Shown piece by piece: positions 11,748 through 21,648 of a DNA stretch of 64,000 bases. Below the pieces are notes generated by a model. It did not search any database, was not told where the DNA came from, and saw only the letters and a list, made by a program, of their open reading frames with translations. Within the stretch, counting starts at the first letter, position 1; each line of letters opens with the position of its first letter. Both the position numbers and the translations under genes were made by a program. Source of the stretch: an uncultured Nitrososphaerales archaeon (GTDB taxonomy: Archaea > Thermoproteota > Nitrososphaeria > Nitrososphaerales > Nitrososphaeraceae). The stretch is from NCBI GenBank assembly GCA_963709405.1, contig CAVPXM010000055.1, positions 256,001 through 320,000 of the forward strand. Reading direction: 5' to 3'.

Positions 11748-12207
11748 TTTTAACCGATCCCTCTTGCAAATTGCACTCAAGTAAAAAATCATTCAACAAA
11801 ATTGTTTCAGAAGAAGCGAGTTGCCATAATACGGATGGAGCATTGCCAATGAATTCATAGGCACCTCAAGAAAATTGAACCAGGATGAATCTATCCCGGC
11901 CAACCCACGTGGTGGTAGATTCTACGCTCAGATTCAAATTGGTGGAGAAATATAACTTATGGCGAAGCCTAAGATAACTACTACATATTTGAAATCAAAG
12001 TGAGGAGAGAAATGGAAAAAATACTGGATTTAGCCAGATAATTGCATGAGATCCACCAAGATAAAGCAGTACTACAAGATAGCTAATGGAATAATGTACG
12101 TTTTTAATCTGACACCACCTCAGTCTATCAAATTCAAAACAGGTTTAGCCAAATTCAGATGGTCAGCCAACAAATGAGTTCTGTGAAATAAGTTGATAGG
12201 AAATTTT

Positions 12208-12252
12208 TGTAGAGCCGATGCTTCACGGCTTGCGCCCCGCAGCCCACCGACT
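12208..12252 (-). ncRNA. Candidate GC-rich hairpin small RNA
   Basis: AGUCGGUG/CAUCGGCU outer stem and GGCUGCG/CGCAAGCC inner stem in AT-rich intergenic DNA; G-U pairs favour the minus strand; followed by CUACA. Confidence 0.35.
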
Positions 12253-12341
12253 GATTCATTTTCAATTCACTTATGAAAATTGCTCTTAGATTCGCTCTTA
12301 TACAAAATATATATGTCAGACTGATGGATAAATAGAGGATT

Positions 12342-12566
12342 GTGTCGCCTATTCTCATTGCCATTATTGCAGTAGGTATAAATATACCTCTAATAGTGCT
12401 CCTTATTCAGCTACTTTTACTCAGAACTTGGCATCTGGGAGACCAGCCGTATTCTAATTTACTAATGTTCTTGGGACTCATACCATTATCTTTTGGAATA
12501 GGACTGATGACCGTGGCTTTCGAGGTGCGTAAACAGAATCAAAAGAAAAATAGCAAGTCAGCTTAG
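12342..12566 (+). CDS. Small membrane protein (2 TM)
   Basis: Two hydrophobic stretches and a basic C-terminal tail; TATA-like at ~12308. Confidence 0.6.
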   Translation: MSPILIAIIAVGINIPLIVLLIQLLLLRTWHLGDQPYSNLLMFLGLIPLSFGIGLMTVAFEVRKQNQKKNSKSA

Positions 12567-12693
12567 AGCCACGAAGATTTCGCACTTCGCAGTCCTGTTA
12601 GCTGAATTTCGATATCAGATCCCTTGCTCGCTCCCGATATCGTAAATGTTCGGTTTTTGATCGTTGAAAATATGAAATTCTGGATCTTTATAA

Positions 12694-13236
12694 TTATCCG
12701 TAACCTGAATACCTATATCTCAAATTATCCCGCAATTGCAGCGCCAGTTTCTTAGAAATTTGTTTCTGTGCTTCATCAATATCAACAGGGTTATTGCCGG
12801 CAAATACAATTGGGCCGTATACGTAATTTTTCCCACTTACCGGCTTTACAGTCTCGAGAGAACTAAGTATCGAATTAACTGCGGTACTATTTGTAATCAT
12901 ATCATTAACTGAATGGTGGTCCTGAGTTAGCTTGTCCAATAAGTTCATAATAATCGGTGGATCAAACGTTCTATAGCCGAATGGTATAGTCGAATAACCT
13001 ATCCGTTTATCGAATTTTGCAGAATCAACGTCAACTTTGGTTCCAAGCACGGTTGGAAGTGGCTTGTAAATTGAATCAATCTTGAGTTGCCAAACTTCAT
13101 CTCGATTCGACACCGTAGCATCAAAGAACCCATCGTCAAATGATGATTTTGATATTATGAATTTCCAATCCTTAGGGTTCGACGCGTATCTTTCAAAGAG
13201 GTATTTTGCGAGGACTTTATCTTTAAGAATTTCCAT
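12694..13236 (-). CDS. Hypothetical protein
   Basis: 180 aa ORF with protein-like composition. Confidence 0.75.
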   Translation of the reverse strand: MEILKDKVLAKYLFERYASNPKDWKFIISKSSFDDGFFDATVSNRDEVWQLKIDSIYKPLPTVLGTKVDVDSAKFDKRIGYSTIPFGYRTFDPPIIMNLLDKLTQDHHSVNDMITNSTAVNSILSSLETVKPVSGKNYVYGPIVFAGNNPVDIDEAQKQISKKLALQLRDNLRYRYSGYG

Positions 13237-14040
13237 GCTACGACAGTCGAATAGAGACAGAATGATAATATGAATTTTTGGAGATGCTCCATAAAGTATT
13301 TCTACGCGGACAGAAAAAAGGGTTTATGAAATATGATGCCTTTGACTAAGGTGGAACTATCATTTTTTGAATGATACGAAACGTTTACCATTTCTAATTA
13401 TCTATATCGAGACATGACTTACCTGCGACTTCAAGAATCCCCACACTGACGATTCTCCAAATCAATATTGCTTTGAAAGATTTAATTGATATCTCTTAAA
13501 ATCAAGATTGCAATGTACTTGCTGACTAGCAAGCACCAAAGAGGTTAACATCAATACTAGTGTAAGACGTATTATTGTGATTCTATGATTTGTACAATTA
13601 GAAGGCCTGATCCACATACACATGGATAAACACGGTAAAAAATTTTCCAATAGCATTCTTTCGAGATCTCCCTTGACGCTAAGATTTCTATTTCAAAATG
13701 TGAAAGAGGAATAATTGGGACACGACCTCTTCAATGTAGCATTAACATAACCCGTATGATCATACAATTGCAAAGGCGGCGGATCTAACAATGAACTGAT
13801 TGTGAGAAAATTTATTAGGTAAATGAACCAAAATCTGGTTCCATGTTATCAACCAAAAACAGGAATAAACCTGAATTCAAACCTGACCGGATTTGGATCT
13901 AATACTAGGTGATTAGCCGATTTATCGTGCACTTTTGGAAGGTAGAATAGAATCTAGTTTTGAGATAATTTGCATACAATTATTTGTTTGTAATGGTTGC
14001 CGTGCCTACACTAACACATTAGAAGTAGATGAAGAGCCGT

Positions 14041-14433
14041 TTACTTCGTTCTAGCCATATGTACTTCGACGTCAGGTTCTACATTAACTACTGTCGGGTC
14101 ACCTCTTATTTCTGCAATAGTGCGATTGGCCGATACTTCGGGGAGAGTCACCGAGAACCCTTTTATCGCATGTTTGTATATTTGAAGCACGTGACCGCCT
14201 TTCTCCTCCACAAATTTTATCATATGTTCAATGTCAGATGCAGTTGCATTCTCTTTCATAGTAACAATGTACTGATTGGATAGCTGCAGACTCTTCTTGC
14301 TCATTATAGTGGAGTTTCCGAAAGACGCTCCTGTATTATTGAGTTGTGATTCGGCAGAAGCAAAGTTCGAATATAGGCTAATGACCGGGTAAGAAATTAT
14401 AATGATAATTATTATAATAGTCGTTCTTTTCAT
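14041..14433 (-). CDS. Secreted subtilisin-propeptide-like inhibitor (I9 family), stand-alone
   Basis: Signal peptide; QYIVTMKE...IYKHAIKGFSVTL...DPTVVNVEPDVEVH is the I9 pattern. Confidence 0.82.
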   Translation of the reverse strand: MKRTTIIIIIIIISYPVISLYSNFASAESQLNNTGASFGNSTIMSKKSLQLSNQYIVTMKENATASDIEHMIKFVEEKGGHVLQIYKHAIKGFSVTLPEVSANRTIAEIRGDPTVVNVEPDVEVHMARTK

Positions 14434-14849
14434 TAATCTGTTTACATGTTTTGTGTATTATATATCATTTGCCCAGGTAATGAAACTATGTTCAAACTAA
14501 AAGACCTTCACCTAATATTTTTTAGCTTTTTGCCAGGATCGTATTCATAGTTAATAAACTTGAATTAAGGCTTCGAATCAAAATGCACTTGACGGTTCAT
14601 CTTAAATCCAAGGCAAGAGTCCACACAATCTTAACTGCATCAATCAAACCCTCAGATATATCGAGTGTTATCGTCAGCGATGAATTATATACAATTCAGA
14701 GTACATGACTATGGGTATGATAATTGCACTGCCGTTCCCTGATCTAATGCTAGATAACCATCTGGGGGAATCGTTCTAATGTTGAAAATGAGAATAAACG
14801 GCTCACTTTCTCAGCGAAGTAAGGTAATTTCACGTTAGGTGTTGCTGGA

Positions 14850-15422
14850 ATGAACTTTTCGTGGCTCAAAAGGAAAAGGAACAAGAGCAGAGATGACTCT
14901 GACATCATATTTACTCTTTCAGGAGCACGTATTACTCTGGAGACTAGATTAGGGGTCAAGACTACTGGTAGATGTGGGATAAGTTTCAAAAGTACAACTG
15001 GAATGCAGTTTAATGAATTGCAGAACGAGATAAAGAACTTCTTAGATCAGAGCATAACTGAATTTAATATATCTTACGAAACAACGACGGATTCTTTTGG
15101 TTACCTGTGGATAATACTCAACGCTAGAGATATGGAAGATGAGCTAGCAGCCTTAACTGCTGTTCGTGATACAGTTGAAGACTCTGGTTATTTATCCCAG
15201 CTACTTGCTTCTGTGTTTCAGTTTAACGATATAGAAAGGCCAGAGGTTATAGTTTATTTGATCTATAACCACAAGAGAAAAAATTTTTACCCTTTCGTAC
15301 CTAAAGCTACGCAAGAAAGAAACACTGAGTACGAATTAAAAATTATGGCAATATTATCAGAGGAAATACCCATTGAAAGTAATATGTCTTTATGGTATCC
15401 GATGTGGGATATCCCAGTTTGA
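14850..15422 (+). CDS. PspA-associated protein PspAB-like
   Basis: IFTLSGARITLE..LG...TGRCGISFK, DSFGYLWIIL, YLIYNHKRKNFYPFVP, ELKI...WYPMW match the remembered family pattern. Confidence 0.72.
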   Translation: MNFSWLKRKRNKSRDDSDIIFTLSGARITLETRLGVKTTGRCGISFKSTTGMQFNELQNEIKNFLDQSITEFNISYETTTDSFGYLWIILNARDMEDELAALTAVRDTVEDSGYLSQLLASVFQFNDIERPEVIVYLIYNHKRKNFYPFVPKATQERNTEYELKIMAILSEEIPIESNMSLWYPMWDIPV

Positions 15423-15666
15423 ATCTGAACGACAAATTATGGTAATAAACTTGTATCGAATTGTGCAAATGGAAAATTAGCCATGTACTTTTGAATATCT
15501 ATTATCCTCTGTTCGACACAAGAATTAAAGTTTCTATTGAGACTAGACTAAAGCCAGATTCGCATGAGATCAGGTCTTGACACTCATTCAAAATTGCTGA
15601 CGCTGAATCGCTTATTTCTAACGTATTCCAACAACCATATGACTCATTTATCAATCCAATAGGAAC

Positions 15667-15753
15667 GTTACTCCCGGGATGAGACTCGTGACACCACAGT
15701 CATTTCTAGGTGCTTCGAATGGTGAGCAAACCTTAGAGTAACTTAAATCTTGT
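15667..15753 (+). ncRNA. Candidate multibranch RNA with UGAGA loop and possible pseudoknot
   Basis: GUUACUC/GAGUAAC closing stem, two internal hairpins, AUGAGA can pair with downstream UCUUGU; architecture similar to 29369-29437. Confidence 0.3.
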
Positions 15754-15758
15754 GAGCA

Positions 15759-16055
15759 TCAGTAGTTATACCTACGCCGATCATGTTCGTCTGGAGGACC
15801 GTAGTCTTCCTTCTTTTTGAAATATCCCCACCATATCAAGATCGAACCCCCTATTATCATTGCTATCACAAATTTTTCATTTGTAATTTCGGGATTTGTA
15901 TATCGTGCTAACGCAGATTCAACCGAAATGTTAGTGGTGATGAAATAGAAGTTCCTAAGAGCTATAACAGCTGCCATCAGTATAAACAATACACCCATAG
16001 CTGTCATCCAGTTCTTACGCTGATGTACATCCCTATCACCCCGATCGAATCTCAT
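15759..16055 (-). CDS. Small membrane protein (2 TM)
   Basis: 98 aa ORF, two hydrophobic helices, starts 3 nt after the npdG stop. Confidence 0.75.
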   Translation of the reverse strand: MRFDRGDRDVHQRKNWMTAMGVLFILMAAVIALRNFYFITTNISVESALARYTNPEITNEKFVIAMIIGGSILIWWGYFKKKEDYGPPDEHDRRRYNY

Positions 16056-16058
16056 TGG

Positions 16059-16736
16059 CTATTCCACCAATTTCAATCCGGGGTTTTTTAACTTATTTTT
16101 CTTAGCTGCATTAAGTAACATAGGTGTCAGGATTTCGGCTTGGTAGGTCATAGATAATGGTCCCAAATAGATTAGTCTCAAACCATTAATTTCCGATACT
16201 AACCTACTTAGAATTGCCACGCTTTTATCATCATCTCCACAAACGAATGTATCTGCATCCAGACTCATTCCAATTTTCTTCAATTTAACTTCAGAGATTG
16301 TGTGAAATGCTGAAAGCACTCTACCTCTGGGAGGAAGATTATCTGCTACTAATTCAGCTGCGGGTTTTAAATTTTGTTCTATAGGAATATATATGAATCC
16401 CGAGTCTGTTCTAGTCATCGGTACGATAGGCGATACGACTATACAATTGTCATTTATAGTATCCTTCAGCTTCCCGCATGTTTCGACGATTGAATCGTAA
16501 GGAATTGAGAGCAATAGAATATCTGAACGCTTTGACAGTGAAATATTGTCATCCCCACTGATAGAGCCTTTAAAATTGTTACCGTATTTGGTATTGGCAA
16601 TGTCTGTGTAAGTCTTAGCCGATTCAGAAGCCCTGGCGGCATCTCTCGAGCCTATAATGATATTATGCGTCGGGCACCATCTGAGAGCAAATCCTTCCCC
16701 CATTCCGCCGGTTCCGCCTATTATACCGATCCTCAT
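16059..16736 (-). CDS. npdG: NADPH-dependent F420 reductase
   Basis: IGIIGGTGGMGEG Rossmann motif, IIGSR, SAFHTIS, VCGDD. Confidence 0.9.
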   Translation of the reverse strand: MRIGIIGGTGGMGEGFALRWCPTHNIIIGSRDAARASESAKTYTDIANTKYGNNFKGSISGDDNISLSKRSDILLLSIPYDSIVETCGKLKDTINDNCIVVSPIVPMTRTDSGFIYIPIEQNLKPAAELVADNLPPRGRVLSAFHTISEVKLKKIGMSLDADTFVCGDDDKSVAILSRLVSEINGLRLIYLGPLSMTYQAEILTPMLLNAAKKNKLKNPGLKLVE

Positions 16737-17281
16737 ATAGTGATCCAGCTGGCGAAGAAATCGTTATTAAGCTTTTTGAGGGACAACCCAGGACATTACT
16801 ATCTCATCCAAATTAATTAAAGCGAGGCCTAAATTTTTTTAGGAAGCCACGCGCGAGTCTACCTAGTAATAACATACATCAAATGGACTTTTGTTAACAA
16901 TACTTAAAACGCCGAGTGTTATGGATTCGAGACAGGTCTGCAAAAGGAAAGTTTCTGCCTCGTCTTGTCAACTATTATGAGCCTTGCATAATCAGTCCTG
17001 TCTTGTGGGTATTACCTTCATGAGCTCTTTATTCTAGCTTGGAAAAAATTGCAGAAATATTCTTTGGTTTATTGATTTACTCAACGGCTTTTGGTTGACT
17101 GACGTATCGCTAACGAATTGGTATTAGCTGAATTGTCATGAAATCTGAATCGAATGAATCAAAGTATTAGCACAACTGAAATATCTGCGACCTTGGTATC
17201 AATCCGATCATATCAGAAGTTAATAATAATGATAACTTTGAATTTCAGACGATACCTCAAATAAGTAAGTACGAATTACCG

Positions 17282-17305
17282 CCAAGATTACTACCAAGAT
17301 TACTA
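17282..17305. repeat. 12-bp tandem duplication CCAAGATTACTA x2 with degenerate flanks
   Basis: Direct inspection. Confidence 0.6.
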
Positions 17306-17343
17306 ACCATACCACGGTAGATCTTTCCAACGACTCAAGAACA

Positions 17344-18295
17344 TCATACTAAGGGGTTGGAATTTACGATTTCATCTAGACATTTAACAATGTCTTGTTT
17401 AGTCACAGCTATAGGATTATTATCCAGATGTCCTTTATCTGGCATAATTACGTCAGCAGCTTCATCAAGATTCAATTTTAGCTTGAGTGGATCGAACTGA
17501 AGCTTCTGACAGATTTTCTTGAATCGCTCATAATATATGGACTTGTCAAATTTGTGAGCTACTGTCGTACATGCTGAAAGTGCATAACCATGTGGAGTGC
17601 CTTCGTTTGAGAATACATAGGACAAGGCGTGTCCAAGTGTAGTGGATGAGTTACCAAATCCAATTCCAGATAACATAGCCCCGTAGGGAAGCAGATTATG
17701 TTTGTCATGAAGAATTGCATCTTCGAGAACATCAAACGCTTCTTTGCAAAATAATTTGGTGAATGGATTACTGAGCTTGCTATCGTATGCTTCGGACGCC
17801 TGAGCTGCGGCATCGCATGCAGAATTTCTCATGATAGGGTATGGAGTCCCAGGCAAAAAATAAGGATCAACGATCGCAGCGTCTGCGAGAAATGCTTCAT
17901 CTTGGAGCAGCTTCTTTTTATGGTCAAAACTGACTACAGCGTATGTGGTCATCTCTGCTCCTGTACCAAACGTTGTTGGTATAAGGATTTTAGGAATTGA
18001 TGTCAATTTTCCAAGATATTTACATACGTCCATGGAGTCTGCCCCCGCCCAATCCAATGTAAGCAGAAATATCTCTTCCTTCAAACTCCTTTCGTACCTT
18101 TTCTATGACTTCAATTGACGGATCGGGGGTTACTTTATCATATACTTCATAGTTTTTGATTCCCATGTAGCCGATCCATTTGTTGTAGATATCTGGTGTA
18201 GTAGTAGTGATAATTAGAGATTTATCGGGGTATTCAAAGTGTTGAGCTGCATTTTCACCAAAAACAATTTTTCGTGGTGTCAAAACTTTCCACAT
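17344..18295 (-). CDS. Fe-containing alcohol dehydrogenase family, malonic semialdehyde reductase (3HP/4HB carbon fixation cycle); +1 frameshift near 18038
   Basis: GLGGG, IPTTFGTGAEMTTY, GFGNSSTTLGHALSYVFSNEG.PHG; closely resembles the Nitrosopumilus enzyme as remembered. Confidence 0.85.
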
Positions 18296-18524
18296 AGAGA
18301 ACTGAGATATTACACGACAGTATATATTTTGCGGACATAATTAGACCTATCCTCAAACTTTAGCTGGATATGCTTCAATATGTAAATTGGGAACGGTTAA
18401 ATCTGTAAGCTAACTAATCTCATTGTCAAAGCAATAACGGATTCAAAGAAGATTTGTCAGATTCTTACAAATCCAATAATTAGAAATATTTGTGATTTGA
18501 CAGGTCAAGGACGAGTCGATGCAA

Positions 18525-19049
18525 TCAAGCCTTACCGAATCTTCCATGATTAGATGAGTTATCTCTTGAATTGAGAATTTTACCTGTACGACTCGGTGAG
18601 GTGGATGAATTTATGACGGTGTCCGACCCAATCACCCCGTATGCGTATAACACAGTCATCAACGTCATTGAAAAAAGTGCTAGACCTACTCCCAGGTGAA
18701 CGGTTACTAATATAGCATGCAATTTCTCTACGATTACAATTCCACCTAGGCTTACCTGGGCTAAGGCCAAGATTGTTGCAATAACTGATGATAGTTGTAT
18801 AGATCTAGGTAAAGCGCTGCGATACTTCATTATAGATATCATGGTTAAGAATATAAGCACAGAAGTAGTTATGGCGACAGTTCGGTGAAAGTATTCTATA
18901 ATAAATTCCTTCATAGGGATCAATCCCTTGGGACATAGTGGCCATTTAGGGCAGGTTAATCCGACACCAGATGCACTTACGTACCCACCAATAAACATTA
19001 GAGTGAACAGGGATACTATGCTAGATAAAGAAAGAATCTTTACGAGCAA
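18525..19049 (-). CDS. ctaA: Heme A synthase (short COX15/CtaA type)
   Basis: G.GLTCPKWPLC, IEYFHR, QVSLGG, VHL; last gene of cox operon. Confidence 0.88.
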   Translation of the reverse strand: MLVKILSLSSIVSLFTLMFIGGYVSASGVGLTCPKWPLCPKGLIPMKEFIIEYFHRTVAITTSVLIFLTMISIMKYRSALPRSIQLSSVIATILALAQVSLGGIVIVEKLHAILVTVHLGVGLALFSMTLMTVLYAYGVIGSDTVINSSTSPSRTGKILNSRDNSSNHGRFGKA

Positions 19050-19070
19050 AGAAATTCAGACCATGTTAGA

Positions 19071-19989
19071 TCACGTGGCTTTTAATATTCCAGTCATGTA
19101 AGGATGTACAGTACAGTGAAATGGATATTGTTGTCCAGATGATAACTTTGACGTATCGACTTTGGCTGATTCACCTGCGTTAATTATACTTGTATCAAAT
19201 AACTTGCCAGAGTTTGGATCATCAGGTCCCTTCCCATTTGTAACAGTATGAGGTACAGAATCTTTATTTACTACTTGTACAACATTGCCCTTTTTGACAC
19301 TAATTGGATCGGGGCTATAGGCTGGGTTTCCTTGTATTGAAGCGCCTTGAAGAATGGATAGTGAGGGTCCAGAAACAGCAACAGTTTTTCCAGCTGCTCC
19401 GCCTGCTCCAGACGCAGGAGTTACAGTAAGTTCAGCAGTCATGTACGGATGGATCATGACAATAGTAGGGAATTATATCGCCAACCTTAGCTCCTTTAAG
19501 AGTTTGTGGCGTTGAACTTTCACCATTATTAATAATCTTCGTGTCAAAGATTTTTCCTGAATTTGGATCTGAGGGGCCTTTACCCGAAGTAGCAGTATGT
19601 GGTACGTTGTCCTTATTTTGCCATACTATTTTTGCGTCGATTGGTACTTTCGTGTTTACTGGGCTAAAGGCAGGATTACCTTGTGTAGAAGCGCCCTGCA
19701 ATATCGTGATAGTTGTGGCTCCAGCGACCGGAGCAGAAGGTGCTGGTTTGGATTGTTGTGGAGCATTAGTTAGCAGAGGATTATTAATTGATGTAACTGT
19801 GCCTGTACCCTCGAGGTTGCCCGACTTCTGTTGTATGGATGATGCGGCAGGTGGGTTTTTAGCCATATTATGCCAATTTGGAATAGCTATAGCTGCGCCA
19901 ATTGCCATAACAATCACTACTATGGCAATACCTTGCGCCATGCGTTTGCCAGTGGTTCTAATGATGTGGTTCTCGTCTTCTGTAGTCAT
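19071..19989 (-). CDS. Membrane-anchored two-domain blue (type-1) copper protein; +1 frameshift near 19456
   Basis: N-terminal TM; two cupredoxin domains with PHT and C..HPYM ligands. Confidence 0.88.
19073..19349. repeat. Direct repeat copy 1 (cupredoxin module)
   Basis: ~277 bp, about 6 mismatches versus 21651-21927. Confidence 0.95.
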
Positions 19990-21482
19990 AGTATTCTTCA
20001 CCTATTGCAAATGGATCCTTCATGTCCGCATGCTTACCACTAGGCAGCGCTTTTCACCAGATTAACTATCATTATTATGTACGAGGGTCCGACAAGAAAT
20101 GCTCCAATTGTTGCAAGCTGATTCATTATGATGTATTGAGGTATAGGCAGATAGTCAAATACCCTCCTTGGCATGCCATACAGTCCTAATAGATGTTGCA
20201 CCATAAAAACCAAAATGATGCCTACGAAAGCCAATATGAAGTGTATCTGCGCCCACTTTTCATTGTACATTCTACCTGTAATGAGCGGGAATAGATAGTA
20301 GATAAAACCAGTGAAGGTAAGTGAAACAGTGCCCATTAGCAGCAAATGAAAATGACCAACCACAAAATAGCTGTCATGTGTTATAAAATCAAGCGGCATA
20401 GCAGTGTTTACCACGCCACCTGCTCCAGAGGCAAAAAATAACATAATTCCACCCACTCCAAAAAGCATAGGCGCAGCAAACTTGATTCTTCCTCCCCACA
20501 TTGTAGCAATCCAATTAAAAACGTGCATTGATGATGCAGGGACGGCAGCAAGGGTTCCGACCATGAAAACTGTCTTCTCAGTAAAACTCATTCCTGTCGC
20601 AAACATGTGATGAGCCCAAGATGCGAAGCCTATCGTACCTAGCAATACGAAAGCTACCACTGCTGATTGATAGCTGAATATCGGCTTTCTTGAGAATTTC
20701 GGGATAAATTCATAAAGCATCCCCACAGCTGGAATCAGGAATATGTACACTTCTGGGTGGAACGTGAACCAGAACATATGTTGATAAGCAATTGGATCTC
20801 CCCCTAAAGCCGGATTAAAGAAGCCAGATATTCCTAGTCTATCAGTATACATCATGATAAGTGCAGCAGCCACTGTTGGCATAGATACTATTATCATAAA
20901 TGAAGTAACCAAAATGGCCCAGACGAACAGCGACACCTTCATAAGCGGAAGGTCTGGATGTTTCATCTTCAAAATGGTGACTATAAAGTTTATCGAGCCC
21001 AATATTGATGAAATGCCCAATATCTTAGCTCCAAAGATCCACATATCTGCAGCTGGTCCGGGAGCACGAATCACCGAATAAGGTGCATATGCAGTCCATC
21101 CAGTGTCGGAAAAACCTAGCCATATTAGGGCAGCTGCTACAGGTATCATCCAAAAAGCCACAGCATTGAGCTTAGGCCATGCCATATCTTTGTACCTCAC
21201 CATTACTGGGATGAGGTAGTTCCCAACACCTGCAGCAAATGGAATAACCCAAAGCAAAAGCATATTTGTTCCATGAACTGTGAAGAATCTTTCGAAATCA
21301 CTAGCATTTGGGAAAATTTGTGCTCCGGGTAGCCACAATTCTGCCCTTATAACAAGGGCTAGAGCCCCACCCATCATTAGAAACGCAATGGATGAAATTA
21401 TGTAGAGTAACCCAATATCAGTATGGTGAGTCGAGAACAGGATTTCCCACATTGGTCTTGGTTTCCTAACTTCTAATACCAA
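19958..21482 (-). CDS. coxA: Heme-copper oxidase subunit I; +1 frameshift near 20043 (corrected C-terminus ...ASGKHADMKDPFAIGEEYYDYRRREPHH*)
   Basis: HTDIG, HG, FHPEVY, WAHHM, VVGHFH, GMPRR. Confidence 0.95.
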
Positions 21483-21648
21483 CTCAACAATCCACCTATT
21501 TTATTATACATTGAAAACATATCAATAAAAGGATTTTGGTTTATAATTATGAGATTTTCAATTGATGAGCAAATTATGATTCCGCAAAATTAGTTCCTTT
21601 ATATATCGTGTCACTCAGTCCATCTTACAACGTAGCAAAAAAATGGTT

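Noticed and set aside
11447-12178. Possible decayed long CDS, faintly reminiscent of Argonaute-associated domains
   Set aside because: Needs one frameshift and about eight stops; not distinguishable from random sequence by eye and no diagnostic motif. A blastx/HHpred search would be needed.
18424-18502. Isolated 7-bp stems here and near 9850, 59890-59990 and 63870
   Set aside because: Stems of this length arise readily by chance in AT-rich DNA, and I found no supporting paralog or covariation.
19541-20065. Long antisense ORFs in the track (e.g. 19541-20065, 29545-30018, 48305-48796)
   Set aside because: They are shadows of well-supported genes on the opposite strand.
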